A DNA stretch of 64,000 nt from Candidatus Latescibacterota bacterium (lineage in GTDB: Bacteria; Latescibacterota; UBA2968; UBA8231), in contig OZ253462.1 in NCBI GenBank assembly GCA_965261395.1, forward strand, positions 2,624,001 through 2,688,000, in the 5' to 3' direction. Made by a program: the position numbers and the translations under genes. The notes beneath the pieces are model-generated. The model saw only the letters and a list, made by a program, of their open reading frames with translations. It was not told the DNA's origin and made no database searches. Shown piece by piece: positions 8,326 through 17,798 of the stretch (its first letter is position 1; the number at the start of each line of letters is the position of its first letter).

Positions 8326-9048
8326 ATGACGGCCACGGAAGAAATCCTCGTGCTGAGCGCGACGGCCTTTGAGCAGCTTGCCCTCAGGGAGGCCGTGGCC
8401 GAGCGCGTGCAGCGCAAAGTCGCCGAGCGCGAATGGGTGAGTGGGAAAATTGGCACTCAGCCGGTGACTTTGGTGGCCACCGGAATCGGTGCGGTGAACA
8501 CAGCGCACGCGCTCACCTGCTACTTGCAGGCGCAGCGACCGCGGCGGGTCGTCCAAGTCGGCGTGGGCGGGGCGTACCCCGAGAGCGGGGCAAGCGTCGG
8601 AGATCTGGCCCTAGCCAACGAGGAATACTACGGGGATCTAGGAGTGCGGACGCCGGACGGCTGGCAGGGCGGAGAGCTGATTGGCATTCCGGTGCTGGAG
8701 AAAGGGCGCTCTTACTACAATTGTTTTCCCATCGACGAGCAGTGGGTACAACGGGCGGCAGCGGCTTTACCGGAAGCTTACATCGGCCCCTTCGTCACTG
8801 TGCAGGAATGCACGGGCACCGATGAATTGGGGGTGGAAAGAGGGCGGCGCTTTGGGGCTTTGTGCGAAAACATGGAAGGCGCGGCCGCCGCGCACGTATG
8901 CGCCTTGTACGAAGTCCCTTTTGCCGAGCTGCGCGCTATGAGCAACATCGTCGAGCAGCGCGCGCGGGAGCAATGGGATTTGCCGCGAGCCGCCGCTAGG
9001 GCGCAGGCTGCGGTTCAGAAGCTTATAGAGGAGGGACTATGCGCGTGA
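8326..9048 (+). CDS. mqnB: Futalosine hydrolase
   Basis: TGIGAVN, GVGGAY, E.YGDLG, ENMEGAAAA, R.MSN.V..R...W; adjacent to mqnD. Confidence 0.9.
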   Translation: MTATEEILVLSATAFEQLALREAVAERVQRKVAEREWVSGKIGTQPVTLVATGIGAVNTAHALTCYLQAQRPRRVVQVGVGGAYPESGASVGDLALANEEYYGDLGVRTPDGWQGGELIGIPVLEKGRSYYNCFPIDEQWVQRAAAALPEAYIGPFVTVQECTGTDELGVERGRRFGALCENMEGAAAAHVCALYEVPFAELRAMSNIVEQRAREQWDLPRAAARAQAAVQKLIEEGLCA

Positions 9049-9866
9049 CCTTGGGCTATTCGCCCTGTCCCAATGATACATTTGTCTTTTGCGGCTTGGT
9101 CCACGGGCAGATTGCCGACGCGCCGGTATGCGAGGAGGTGCTGGCGGACATCGAGACGCTCAATGAGATGGCGCTGCGGGGGCAGCTCGACGCGACCAAA
9201 ATATCCTTCCACGCACTGGCGCACTTGCGGGAGCAGTACTGCCTCCTGCACTCGGGGGGTGCCTTGGGGAGGGGATGCGGGCCGCTGTTGGTAGCGCGGG
9301 AGAAGCTGGCGCTAGAAGACCTCAAGCACAAGCGGATCGCCATTCCCGGGCGGCTGACCACCGCAGCCCTGCTGCTGAGGCTCTTTGACCCCAGCATTGA
9401 GCAGCTCGCGGTCATGCCGTTCGACCAAATCGTGGACGCGACCGCGCAAGGCCTAGTCGATGCGGGCGTCATCATCCACGAGAGCCGCTTCACCTATGCC
9501 CAACACGGACTAGAAGCGATCATCGACTTAGGCCAGTGGTGGGAGGAAAGCACCGGGCATCCAATCCCCCTCGGCGGCATCCTCGCGCGGCGCAGCCTCG
9601 GGGCCGAACTCATCGGCCAACTCGACCTCGCGCTCGTACAGAGCGTGGAGTACGCCTATGCCCATCCAGACGCGGTGCGGGGCTACATCCGCCAGCACGC
9701 CCAAGAAATGGACGACAGCGTCATGCAGGCGCACATCGACCTGTACGTCAACCAGCACACGCTCGACTACGGAGCCGACGGTGAGGCCGCCATATTCGAC
9801 CTAATCGAGCGGGCCGAGCGGGCCGGCATCGCGCCTAAGTCCGATGCGCCGCTCTTTATTTCTTAA
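9039..9866 (+). CDS. mqnD: 1,4-dihydroxy-6-naphthoate synthase
   Basis: SPCPNDTF, GGALGRGCGP, IIHESRFTY, PIPLG, HIDLYVN. Confidence 0.95.
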   Translation: MRVTLGYSPCPNDTFVFCGLVHGQIADAPVCEEVLADIETLNEMALRGQLDATKISFHALAHLREQYCLLHSGGALGRGCGPLLVAREKLALEDLKHKRIAIPGRLTTAALLLRLFDPSIEQLAVMPFDQIVDATAQGLVDAGVIIHESRFTYAQHGLEAIIDLGQWWEESTGHPIPLGGILARRSLGAELIGQLDLALVQSVEYAYAHPDAVRGYIRQHAQEMDDSVMQAHIDLYVNQHTLDYGADGEAAIFDLIERAERAGIAPKSDAPLFIS

Positions 9867-9889
9867 ACAATTACCAGGGAGCAATACGC

Positions 9890-10912
9890 GTGAAACTAGT
9901 GCAATTTACCGAGCCGGGCGACGGCATGCGTTTGGGCCTCGTCGCCGGCGACGAGGTCTTAGACCTGACAGGCTCAGAACAGGGACCGCGCACCGTGCAT
10001 CAGCTTTATTACGACGGCGGTGGCGACGAGATCGGGCTGGTGGCCGCCGCTCAGAACCTGCAAAAACGAGCTGCGCGTCGCTTGCCGCTTGCCGCGCTGT
10101 TGGCCAACCGCAGCACCCGCGACCCGTACCTCACCAAGCCGGTCAGCGGCCCGCCCGGCCATCCCCACGCCCTGCGCGTGTGGCTAGCCGGCGTCACCCA
10201 CGAGGTCAGCGCTAAGTTGCGCGAAATTGAGGCCCAGCAGGCCACCGGCGAGGCGGTCAATGTGTACGACCAGAAATACCGCGAAGTGTCCGGTGGCGGG
10301 CGACCCGAGCTGTTCGCCAAGGGCGAGCCGGACGCCGTCGTTGGGCACGGTCAGCCCATCACCCGGCCCGGCGATACCCAGCGCTTGGTGCCCGAGACCG
10401 AGTTGGTGTCGGTCTATGGCCTGACGCGCCAGGGCCGCTTAGAGAGGCTGGGCTATACCGGCGGCAACGACGCCACCGACAACGGCATTGAGGCCGCCAA
10501 TCCCCTCAACTTGCCCCAAGCCAAAAATTGGGCCGGTGGGTGTGCTTCCTTAGGGCCGGTGTTGGTTACGACCGACGAGTACGACGACGACGAGGTCGAG
10601 GTATCGTGCCGCATCCTGCGCGATGGACAATCCATAGCCTACAAAAAAGGCTCGACCGGCCAGAACAACCTGAACATGCCCGGGCAGCTCCTGCACTTAG
10701 AGTGCCACCTTTTCAATCGGCTGCCCCTAGAGCCGCGCACTTTAATGGCGTTTTATTGGGGAACGCCTATCGTCTTTGCCGAAGCGGACTTGTCGTCAGG
10801 GCTTTTGGACGGGGACGTGATGCAGTTGGAGTTTTCCGGTGGGATCGGGGTCTTGGAAAATCCAGTGGTGCCGCTCGAAGAGACAACGCAGCTACAGGGG
10901 TTAGGAGGATAG
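9890..10912 (+). CDS. Fumarylacetoacetate hydrolase family protein (2-keto-3-deoxypentonate dehydratase-like)
   Basis: W.AGVT, RPELFAK, PETEL, GYT.GND, E.ANPL.LPQAK. Confidence 0.8.
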   Translation: MKLVQFTEPGDGMRLGLVAGDEVLDLTGSEQGPRTVHQLYYDGGGDEIGLVAAAQNLQKRAARRLPLAALLANRSTRDPYLTKPVSGPPGHPHALRVWLAGVTHEVSAKLREIEAQQATGEAVNVYDQKYREVSGGGRPELFAKGEPDAVVGHGQPITRPGDTQRLVPETELVSVYGLTRQGRLERLGYTGGNDATDNGIEAANPLNLPQAKNWAGGCASLGPVLVTTDEYDDDEVEVSCRILRDGQSIAYKKGSTGQNNLNMPGQLLHLECHLFNRLPLEPRTLMAFYWGTPIVFAEADLSSGLLDGDVMQLEFSGGIGVLENPVVPLEETTQLQGLGG

Positions 10913-10941
10913 CGGCGGTACGGCACGTACTTAACGGATAG

Positions 10942-11538
10942 TTAGTTCTCTACTCTTTCGAATAGATCTAGGTGCTCGCCTATACCAACGAGCTTTCCAT
11001 GTAGATGCCGAACGTCAACGACCGCCCCAAAGCGGACGAACATCTTTTCAAAGCGCTCGTACTGCGAGCCCCAATAGACCATCGCGCAGGACATTGGAGC
11101 ACCCTTGCCACCATCCCTCCCGTTTACGAGAAAGCGCAGCCGGGTATCGTAGAGAAACGCAACCGCAGTGGCAGCGCCGAATACGTATTGTTTCCAGTGG
11201 CGAGTATTCGTAGCGACAGGCACAAGGGCGAGCACCTCAACACCATGTTGTACGTGAGCCTCGGTGCATTTTCGGAGCCAGTCTCGAATCGTGGTGCCTC
11301 TCTCGCGGTCCCTGCCGTATGGAGGATTGACGAAGATGGTAGGATAGTTCCACGATGCCGATAATCCGTCAATCTCAGGCAGAGAGTACTCTACAGTCGC
11401 CCCCACGATAGAATGGCGATTGGAGCATGGATCTAGCGCGACTGATTCGGCGAAAAACTCTCGTATCGCGTTAACGTACTTTGGCGGAGTGCACCAATGT
11501 TGGCTTAGCACTTCGGCATTGTTACGTCCTGCAGTCAT
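10942..11538 (-). CDS. Orphan DNA N6-adenine methyltransferase (phage Dam-like family)
   Basis: W.TP, LDPC, DGL...W, FVNPPYG, LVP..T.T..W, RLRF; AGGAGG upstream. Confidence 0.85.
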   Translation of the reverse strand: MTAGRNNAEVLSQHWCTPPKYVNAIREFFAESVALDPCSNRHSIVGATVEYSLPEIDGLSASWNYPTIFVNPPYGRDRERGTTIRDWLRKCTEAHVQHGVEVLALVPVATNTRHWKQYVFGAATAVAFLYDTRLRFLVNGRDGGKGAPMSCAMVYWGSQYERFEKMFVRFGAVVDVRHLHGKLVGIGEHLDLFERVEN

Positions 11539-11676
11539 GCCTAGTCGTCCTCCTACCAGTCTTTTGCGGCGAGTTCCCGCAGATCAGCCTGTAGATTCTC
11601 AACTTTACCGGAACGGGAGAGCTTTCAAATCGAAAAATGGAGGAACGTGTCTATTGAATGCAGTATATAACCTCGA

Positions 11677-12576
11677 TTAGTCGGTATCGCAGCGCTCAGC
11701 TATTGAATTATCAGGTGCTATTTGTATGGTACCGTTTTTTATTTGATACTCAAAACTATCAAGCAAGAACATACATATTGTATACACTGAATTTATCGCT
11801 AGCTTGGCATGATGCTTAGCTGGTTTATATGATCTTGCATGAGCGTCACTCATACTATTACGTATGGATGCTATACCTGAAACAATTGTTACTATCCCTC
11901 TTAGTAACTGTTTCAAGCTATCAGAAATATCTTTACGATCTGGATCTAGGTTTAGCAATTTCTGAACTCGCTTGTATAGTTTATTTATATTGCCATCATA
12001 TTTTTGATTTTTAGATGTGATTTTAAGCTCAATCTCTTGTAAAACTGACTCTAATAGAGATCTGGCATTTGTAATTGCACCATCATAGTCAGATAATTCA
12101 ATTTTACTCTCACACTTGGAGGTCTGTTCTCTTATGAATTCAATATTCGGTGCATTATTATTAAGAATTGCATGTTCAAATATTATAATAGTGTCTTTGT
12201 CTAAAGAAGTTAGCTTATACTTATTTGAGTCTAAAATTAATGTATATCCATCGTACTCTAAGTACTGATTGATGTAAGCAACTGCTTTCTCAACAGAAAA
12301 ATCTGTACCGAGGAAAATCCTTGGGTCAACGGTACTCTCAATTACGTCTCTAAAGACTATTTTGCCATTCAGTTCAGCTAATCGTTGTTGTGCATACTGC
12401 CATCTGGAAGGGAATTCTTGACCGTATTCATCATCCTCACCATACTGATTAAAGAAGTCAACTAAGGCTGGACCAGAACGATAAGGTGCAGGGGAACTTC
12501 CAGAAGGAATTTGATCACCAGTGATCAGTTTCTCAAGAGCTTCTATTGTCTTAAGAGCTACTTTGACATTACTCAA
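11677..12576 (-). CDS. Abortive infection family protein (AbiJ-type N-terminal domain plus Abi_C HEPN-like C-terminus)
   Basis: YRSGP.LVDFFN..G..D.YG..FPSRW.Y; AITNARSLLE and RNSMSDAH; strongly AT-rich relative to flanks. Confidence 0.8.
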   Translation of the reverse strand: MSNVKVALKTIEALEKLITGDQIPSGSSPAPYRSGPALVDFFNQYGEDDEYGQEFPSRWQYAQQRLAELNGKIVFRDVIESTVDPRIFLGTDFSVEKAVAYINQYLEYDGYTLILDSNKYKLTSLDKDTIIIFEHAILNNNAPNIEFIREQTSKCESKIELSDYDGAITNARSLLESVLQEIELKITSKNQKYDGNINKLYKRVQKLLNLDPDRKDISDSLKQLLRGIVTIVSGIASIRNSMSDAHARSYKPAKHHAKLAINSVYTICMFLLDSFEYQIKNGTIQIAPDNSIAERCDTD

Positions 12577-12688
12577 TTTCGCATCCTTTGTTCATCATTA
12601 TTATATCATCTTCTCGCTAGTATAGTCTGTTCTACACCGCCTGTACATTATACTCCATACTCCGACAAGAGATGTTTTAACCGCTCTC

Positions 12689-14185
12689 CTAACGGCGATA
12701 CTGGTCGAGCGCCCCTCTCCTCGGATCAAAGGTCGTAGTGTGGTTCCACGAGGCCTCGTGCTTGTACATCACATCCCGGATTAGGCGGCGGCGGTAGAGG
12801 CTGTCGAGGTTGTCGGCGGCCATTTTATCGGGATCGAAGCGGTCGAGGATCAGCCCGCGCAGGCGCGTTTCGATTGCGGCGTGCTCGGCTGTGCCGGCGA
12901 GGTTGTTCCACTCGCCGGGGTCGTTCTCCAAGTCAAAAAGCTGCGGCTGATGGCCGTGAATATAATTGTATTTGAACTGGCCCTGGCGAGCCATGATACA
13001 GGGCGCGCCCACCGCTTCGTGGGCTTGGGCGAAGATGTGGCGGTCGGCGCTGTGGCCCTCGATAATCGGTAGAAGGCTGGTGCCATCGTGGGGCAAGCTC
13101 GCCTCGGCACCGGCTAACTCGCAAAAGGTCGGCAACAGGTCGAGAAGCGAGGTCGGCGTCTCGACGGTAGTGCCGGCCTGCCACTGGTCGGGGAAGCGGA
13201 CGATGAGGGGGACGCGGCAGGACCACTCGTAGAAACAGCGCTTCTGTACCATCTCTTTTTCGCACAGCATGTCGCCGTGGTCGGAGGTAAAGACCACGAC
13301 CGTATTGTCGAGCAGGCCGGTTTCCTCCAGCGTTGCCAGCAGGCCGCCGACCTTGTAGTCGAGGTACGTCACCAAGCCGTAGTACGCGCGGCGCAAGCGG
13401 CGCAGGCTCTCAGGATCGCGCAAGTTGAAGCGGCGGGTGCCGTGATAGGCGTTGAGCCAGCGATCCATCGCCGAATAGGTCTCATCGAGATGGTCCGGGA
13501 ATTCGGGGATGGCGATCTCGGCGTCTGCGTAGCGGTCCCAGTATGCCTGCGGCGGATGGAACGGCTCGTGCGGGTGGTGGAAGGAGGCGCAGAGCAAGAA
13601 GGGGGTATCGCCGCGTTGGGCGCGGAGGTACTCGACGGCGCGGAATTGCGTCTCTTCGTCGTAGCTGAGGGCGTTGTGCCAGAAGTTGACCCGTACGGCT
13701 TGGCCGGTGTAACCACCAGCGTTGTACGTGGGGCGGCTGCCCATGACCTCTTCGTAATTGTCCCCTTTGGTCTCCTTGATGCGGATCCACTCTTCCTTAA
13801 CCCATGAGAAGTCGGGCGGGTAGATGTCGGTCGTCAGCCGGCGGTGGAAACCGTGCACCTGGTCGGGGCCGATGAAGTGCATCTTGCCCGAAAGCACCGT
13901 GTCGTAGCCAGCATTGCTGAGATAGTGGGCGTACGACGGCACGTCCGCGGCCAAGAGCGCGCCGTTGTCCCAGGCACCGATCTCGGAGGCGTGACGTCCA
14001 CTGGTGATGCAGGCGCGGCCCGGGGCGCACAAGGGAAAAGGAGTATAGGCCGAGTCAAAGCGGACGCCTTCGGCAGCGAGGCGATTCAAATGCGGCGTCT
14101 GGACGACTGGATGGCCGTAGGCACCTGTCAGAGCGGCGATGAGTTGGTCGGAGACGACGAAGAGGATATTGGGGCGGTCGGGCAT
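12689..14185 (-). CDS. Sulfatase, choline-sulfatase-like
   Basis: PNILF..SDQ, CAPGRA (CxPxR), GKMHF.G.DQ.HGF, SDHGDM. Confidence 0.9.
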   Translation of the reverse strand: MPDRPNILFVVSDQLIAALTGAYGHPVVQTPHLNRLAAEGVRFDSAYTPFPLCAPGRACITSGRHASEIGAWDNGALLAADVPSYAHYLSNAGYDTVLSGKMHFIGPDQVHGFHRRLTTDIYPPDFSWVKEEWIRIKETKGDNYEEVMGSRPTYNAGGYTGQAVRVNFWHNALSYDEETQFRAVEYLRAQRGDTPFLLCASFHHPHEPFHPPQAYWDRYADAEIAIPEFPDHLDETYSAMDRWLNAYHGTRRFNLRDPESLRRLRRAYYGLVTYLDYKVGGLLATLEETGLLDNTVVVFTSDHGDMLCEKEMVQKRCFYEWSCRVPLIVRFPDQWQAGTTVETPTSLLDLLPTFCELAGAEASLPHDGTSLLPIIEGHSADRHIFAQAHEAVGAPCIMARQGQFKYNYIHGHQPQLFDLENDPGEWNNLAGTAEHAAIETRLRGLILDRFDPDKMAADNLDSLYRRRLIRDVMYKHEASWNHTTTFDPRRGALDQYRR

Positions 14186-14223
14186 GGTTTGAGCTTTCGG
14201 GTGAAAGGGCTTAAAGGAACGGC

Positions 14224-15195
14224 TTACAGGGATTCCTTTACGTAGGCGACCGAGCGTTCAAACTGCTCCAGCTCATAGGCAACCCGCACATCGGCACTCT
14301 CGCCGCGCTCGTGCGGCGTCTGCCAATCGTCGGGATCGCCAGCCGCCTGATGCAGGGTGCGAATGGCATTTACGGTTTCCGGGAGCGGTCTTTGGGGAAA
14401 GGTCGCCCACCAGTCCTCTTCCAAAAGACGGATGTGCCGAGCGACGCTCGCGCCGAGTTCAATGCAGCCCTGGATATGCGGCACCTCGCGGTCGAATAGC
14501 GCAATTATCTCCGGCCAATCGACGACCCCATCGCCGATGGCGCAGCGCTTGAGGCGGTAGCCCGAGGACGTGGGGTGGACCGTGTAGTCCTTGATGTGGA
14601 CGTGCTTGAGGATCGGCAAAATCCGCTCGGCAAACGCTAAGGGATGCTCACCGACGGCAAAGGCATTGCCTACGTCCATGGTGACGCCGAGTTGTGGACT
14701 GCCGACTTTTTCGCACAGCGATAGCAATTCCCAAGAACACAGGTCCTGGTGGTTTTCAATACCCACCGGAATGCCGTATTCCTCGGCGAGCGGCATGACT
14801 TCTTTGAAGGGCTGTACCAAGGCTTCGATGTAATCCCGCATCCCCTCGGCACCATACTCGGTGCGGTTGCCTTCGACCATGCGGCTAACGGTCGTGCGCA
14901 CAGCGCGGGCACCAGTTTGATGCGCCGTCTCAATGGCTTGGCGCAGCGGCGCGATGTCTGCGGCGTAGTTGTCGCCTCCTGTGTCTAAGAATAGGTCGAG
15001 ATCGGCGCGAGTCTCGGCAAAGGCCGCCCGCTCCTCGGGCGAGCAGTCGCCCAGCCATTGAGACGCGAATTCGACGCTGTGGAGGCCGTTGTCGCGGGCC
15101 AAGCGCGTCAGTCCCTCGGGGGTGTGGGGGTCAATGGCGCGGCCAGCTTCGCGGTGAGCGCCGGTGAAGCTCCAAGCGCAGAGTCCGATATTCAA
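14224..15195 (-). CDS. Sugar phosphate isomerase/epimerase TIM-barrel protein
   Basis: IENHQD, D.GN, HIKDY, G.GVVDW. Confidence 0.8.
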   Translation of the reverse strand: MNIGLCAWSFTGAHREAGRAIDPHTPEGLTRLARDNGLHSVEFASQWLGDCSPEERAAFAETRADLDLFLDTGGDNYAADIAPLRQAIETAHQTGARAVRTTVSRMVEGNRTEYGAEGMRDYIEALVQPFKEVMPLAEEYGIPVGIENHQDLCSWELLSLCEKVGSPQLGVTMDVGNAFAVGEHPLAFAERILPILKHVHIKDYTVHPTSSGYRLKRCAIGDGVVDWPEIIALFDREVPHIQGCIELGASVARHIRLLEEDWWATFPQRPLPETVNAIRTLHQAAGDPDDWQTPHERGESADVRVAYELEQFERSVAYVKESL

Positions 15196-15231
15196 AGCAT
15201 TCCTCTTTTGATTGTGTACAAGTCGCGGGGC

Positions 15232-16608
15232 TTACAGCTTCGCCTGCAAGTGGGATACCAATTTTTTGTATTTTTTGTCCTTGTCGTTTTTGTCGTCTTC
15301 GTCGTCTTTCACTTCCACTTCGGTACTCGATCCATCGCGTAGGTCCTTCACTTGCCAAGCCTCTCGCGCTTGTTCGTCCGGGCCGCGGATCAAGGCGATG
15401 GGGAAGCCCTTGCGGTCAGCGTATTTGAGTTGTCTGCCAATGCTCTTAGCCTCTGGATACAGTTCGGTACGGAAGCCGGTTTGTCGAAGGTGGCGCGCGA
15501 GCTCGATGTAGGTTTTTAAGTGTTCGTGTTCGGCGGGGAATTGGACGATGAAGACGTCGGCGGATGTGGCGGCGTCCTGCAAAAGCCCCAGTGCCTCCAT
15601 CGCGGCCATCAGCCGGTCTAACCCCAGAGAGGCACCGACCCCGGGCAGGTGTTGCTTGGTGTAGAGGCCGGCTAAGTCGTCGTAGCGGCCGCCGCTACAG
15701 ACCGAGCCGATTGCCGGCAGATCGCCGAGCAAGGTCTCATAGACGGTACCAGTGTAGTAATCGAGGCCGCGGGCGATGGACAGGTCGAGCACCAAGCGAT
15801 CTTGGGGAAAGCCAGCACCCTCAAAGGCGTCCACGAGCTGGCGTAGGTTGGCGATCCCCTCGGCAGCGAGACCGTTGTCGCCGCAGGAACGTTCGATCTG
15901 ATCGAGAATCTCGGCATTCGCGCCCGTAGTCTGCACCGTCGCCAAGATATGCTCGGCCTGTTCGCGGGAGACCGCATCCGTCTCGCTCATCTCAGCGATG
16001 ACCTTTTCCGCGCCGATTTTTTGCAGCTTGTCGAGGGCGCGGAGGATGGCTGCCGACTCTTCGGCCAAGCCGAGCGATTCGAGCAGGCCGTTGAGGATCA
16101 GGCGGTTGTTGACGTGGATGGAGAAGCGCTCAAAGCCCAAGGCCTCAAGCAGGTCGTGGATGACGAGCACCGTTTCGATATCCGCGGCGTTGGCGTCGGT
16201 GCCGATGGTGTCGAAGTCGCATTGGTAAAACTCGCGGTAGCGGCCGTGTTGGGTGTTCTCGCCGCGCCAGACCGGGCCGATGTGGTAGCGCTTGAAGGGG
16301 GTGCCGAGTTGGCCGATGTGCTGGGCGGCAAAGCGGGCAAAGGGCACGGTCAGATCGAAGCGCAGGGCTACGGCGCGGCCCCCGTGATCCGTGAAGTGAT
16401 ACATCTGCTTGTCGCTCTCGTCGCCGCCTTTGCCGGTGAGTATCTCTTTGTATTCAAGCGCGGGCGTGTCGATGGGGGCAAAGCCGTAGGAGCGGAAGAC
16501 CGCGCGGGCCTTGTCGATCAATTCCTCGCGCGGCATGGCCAAGGCGGGGGGAAAGTCGCGGAAGCCCTTAAGGGTCCGCGGCGGGATCAGTTCTTTTTTG
16601 TTAGACAT
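15232..16608 (-). CDS. hisS: Histidine--tRNA ligase
   Basis: KGFRDF.P, LRFDLTVPFAR, GRYREFYQCDFD, RGLDYYTG, GGRYD. Confidence 0.97.
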   Translation of the reverse strand: MSNKKELIPPRTLKGFRDFPPALAMPREELIDKARAVFRSYGFAPIDTPALEYKEILTGKGGDESDKQMYHFTDHGGRAVALRFDLTVPFARFAAQHIGQLGTPFKRYHIGPVWRGENTQHGRYREFYQCDFDTIGTDANAADIETVLVIHDLLEALGFERFSIHVNNRLILNGLLESLGLAEESAAILRALDKLQKIGAEKVIAEMSETDAVSREQAEHILATVQTTGANAEILDQIERSCGDNGLAAEGIANLRQLVDAFEGAGFPQDRLVLDLSIARGLDYYTGTVYETLLGDLPAIGSVCSGGRYDDLAGLYTKQHLPGVGASLGLDRLMAAMEALGLLQDAATSADVFIVQFPAEHEHLKTYIELARHLRQTGFRTELYPEAKSIGRQLKYADRKGFPIALIRGPDEQAREAWQVKDLRDGSSTEVEVKDDEDDKNDKDKKYKKLVSHLQAKL

Positions 16609-16612
16609 AGGT

Positions 16613-17746
16613 TTACCAGTTGGTGAACGAGCCGTCTTCGCGGCGCAGAATCGGACCGCCGAGCCATTTGAATTCGTAGTGCTCGGCAGCTTCCTCGTTG
16701 AATTCTATTCCCAAGCCGGGACGCTCCGGTGGCAACAGGCAGCCGGACTCATAGGGCAGTTGCACTGGGAAGAGATCTTCCAGCACAGAATGGCCCACGA
16801 GGCCGCCCTCCTGCACGGCGAAGTTGTCGCAGGCAATGTCGAGGTGGGCGCAAGCTGCGGCCGAGACCGGGCCGAGGGGATTGTGCGGAACGATCTTGAT
16901 GTAGTGGGTCTCGCACCAGTTGGCTATTTTGCGCGCCTCAGTCAGTCCGCCGACAATGCACAAATCAATCCGCGCATAGTCCATCAGCTCCTCTTCTATC
17001 ATCTGCCGGAACTCCCATTTGGTCGCGTAGTGCTCGCCAACGGCCAGCGGACAGCTAACGTGCTGGCGCACCTGGCGATAAGTCTGGGGGTTTTCGCAGC
17101 GCAGCGGGTCCTCGATGAAGAAGGGATCGTACTCCTCAAGCTGGCGGCCGAGGCGGATGGTGTCGGGCGGGTCAAGGCGGGTGTGGACGTCAATGCAAAT
17201 CTCAATTTCCGGCCCGACGGCTTCGCGCGCGGCGGCGAAGTGGGCGATTGAATCGCGGACGGCGGTGCGCGGTTCGAGGATTCCGTCGCGGTCAAACACC
17301 GACATCCGCAGGTACTTCCAGCCCTCGGCAACCCGTTCCTGAGCCGCGCGGGCAGTGTCTGCGGGCGTTTGGCCGCCGATGCCAGTGTAGCAGAAGACGC
17401 GCTCGCGCATCTTGCCGCCCAAGAGCATGTACACGGGTTGCCCGAGGGCCTTGCCCTTGATGTCCCACAGCGCGATGTCAATGGCCGACATAGCGGCCGC
17501 GTTAATCCGACCGCCGGGGAAGAAATCGACGCGGAACAGCAACTGCCAGATGTATTCGGTATTGAGCGGGTCCAGGCCGATGATGTGGCGCTTCATGTGT
17601 TCGATGGCGCCAATGCCGGCCTGCTCCTTCCAAGTAATGCCGAATTCGCCGACGCCGTACAGGCCATCGTCTGTTTCGACCTTGACGAAGAGGTAGTTGC
17701 GCGATCCGTGGCAGATGGGAAAGGTTTTGACGTCGGTGATTTTCAT
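16613..17746 (-). CDS. Galactonate dehydratase-like enolase superfamily enzyme
   Basis: IDIALWDI.GK, D.HTR, FIEDP, GE, PHNP.GPV, P..PGLG, DGS.TNW; start after AAGGAG. Confidence 0.85.
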   Translation of the reverse strand: MKITDVKTFPICHGSRNYLFVKVETDDGLYGVGEFGITWKEQAGIGAIEHMKRHIIGLDPLNTEYIWQLLFRVDFFPGGRINAAAMSAIDIALWDIKGKALGQPVYMLLGGKMRERVFCYTGIGGQTPADTARAAQERVAEGWKYLRMSVFDRDGILEPRTAVRDSIAHFAAAREAVGPEIEICIDVHTRLDPPDTIRLGRQLEEYDPFFIEDPLRCENPQTYRQVRQHVSCPLAVGEHYATKWEFRQMIEEELMDYARIDLCIVGGLTEARKIANWCETHYIKIVPHNPLGPVSAAACAHLDIACDNFAVQEGGLVGHSVLEDLFPVQLPYESGCLLPPERPGLGIEFNEEAAEHYEFKWLGGPILRREDGSFTNW

Positions 17747-17798
17747 ATTCGGCTCCTTTGGTGGCTCCATTTGGTGGCCCCATAATATCAGGCCGCGA

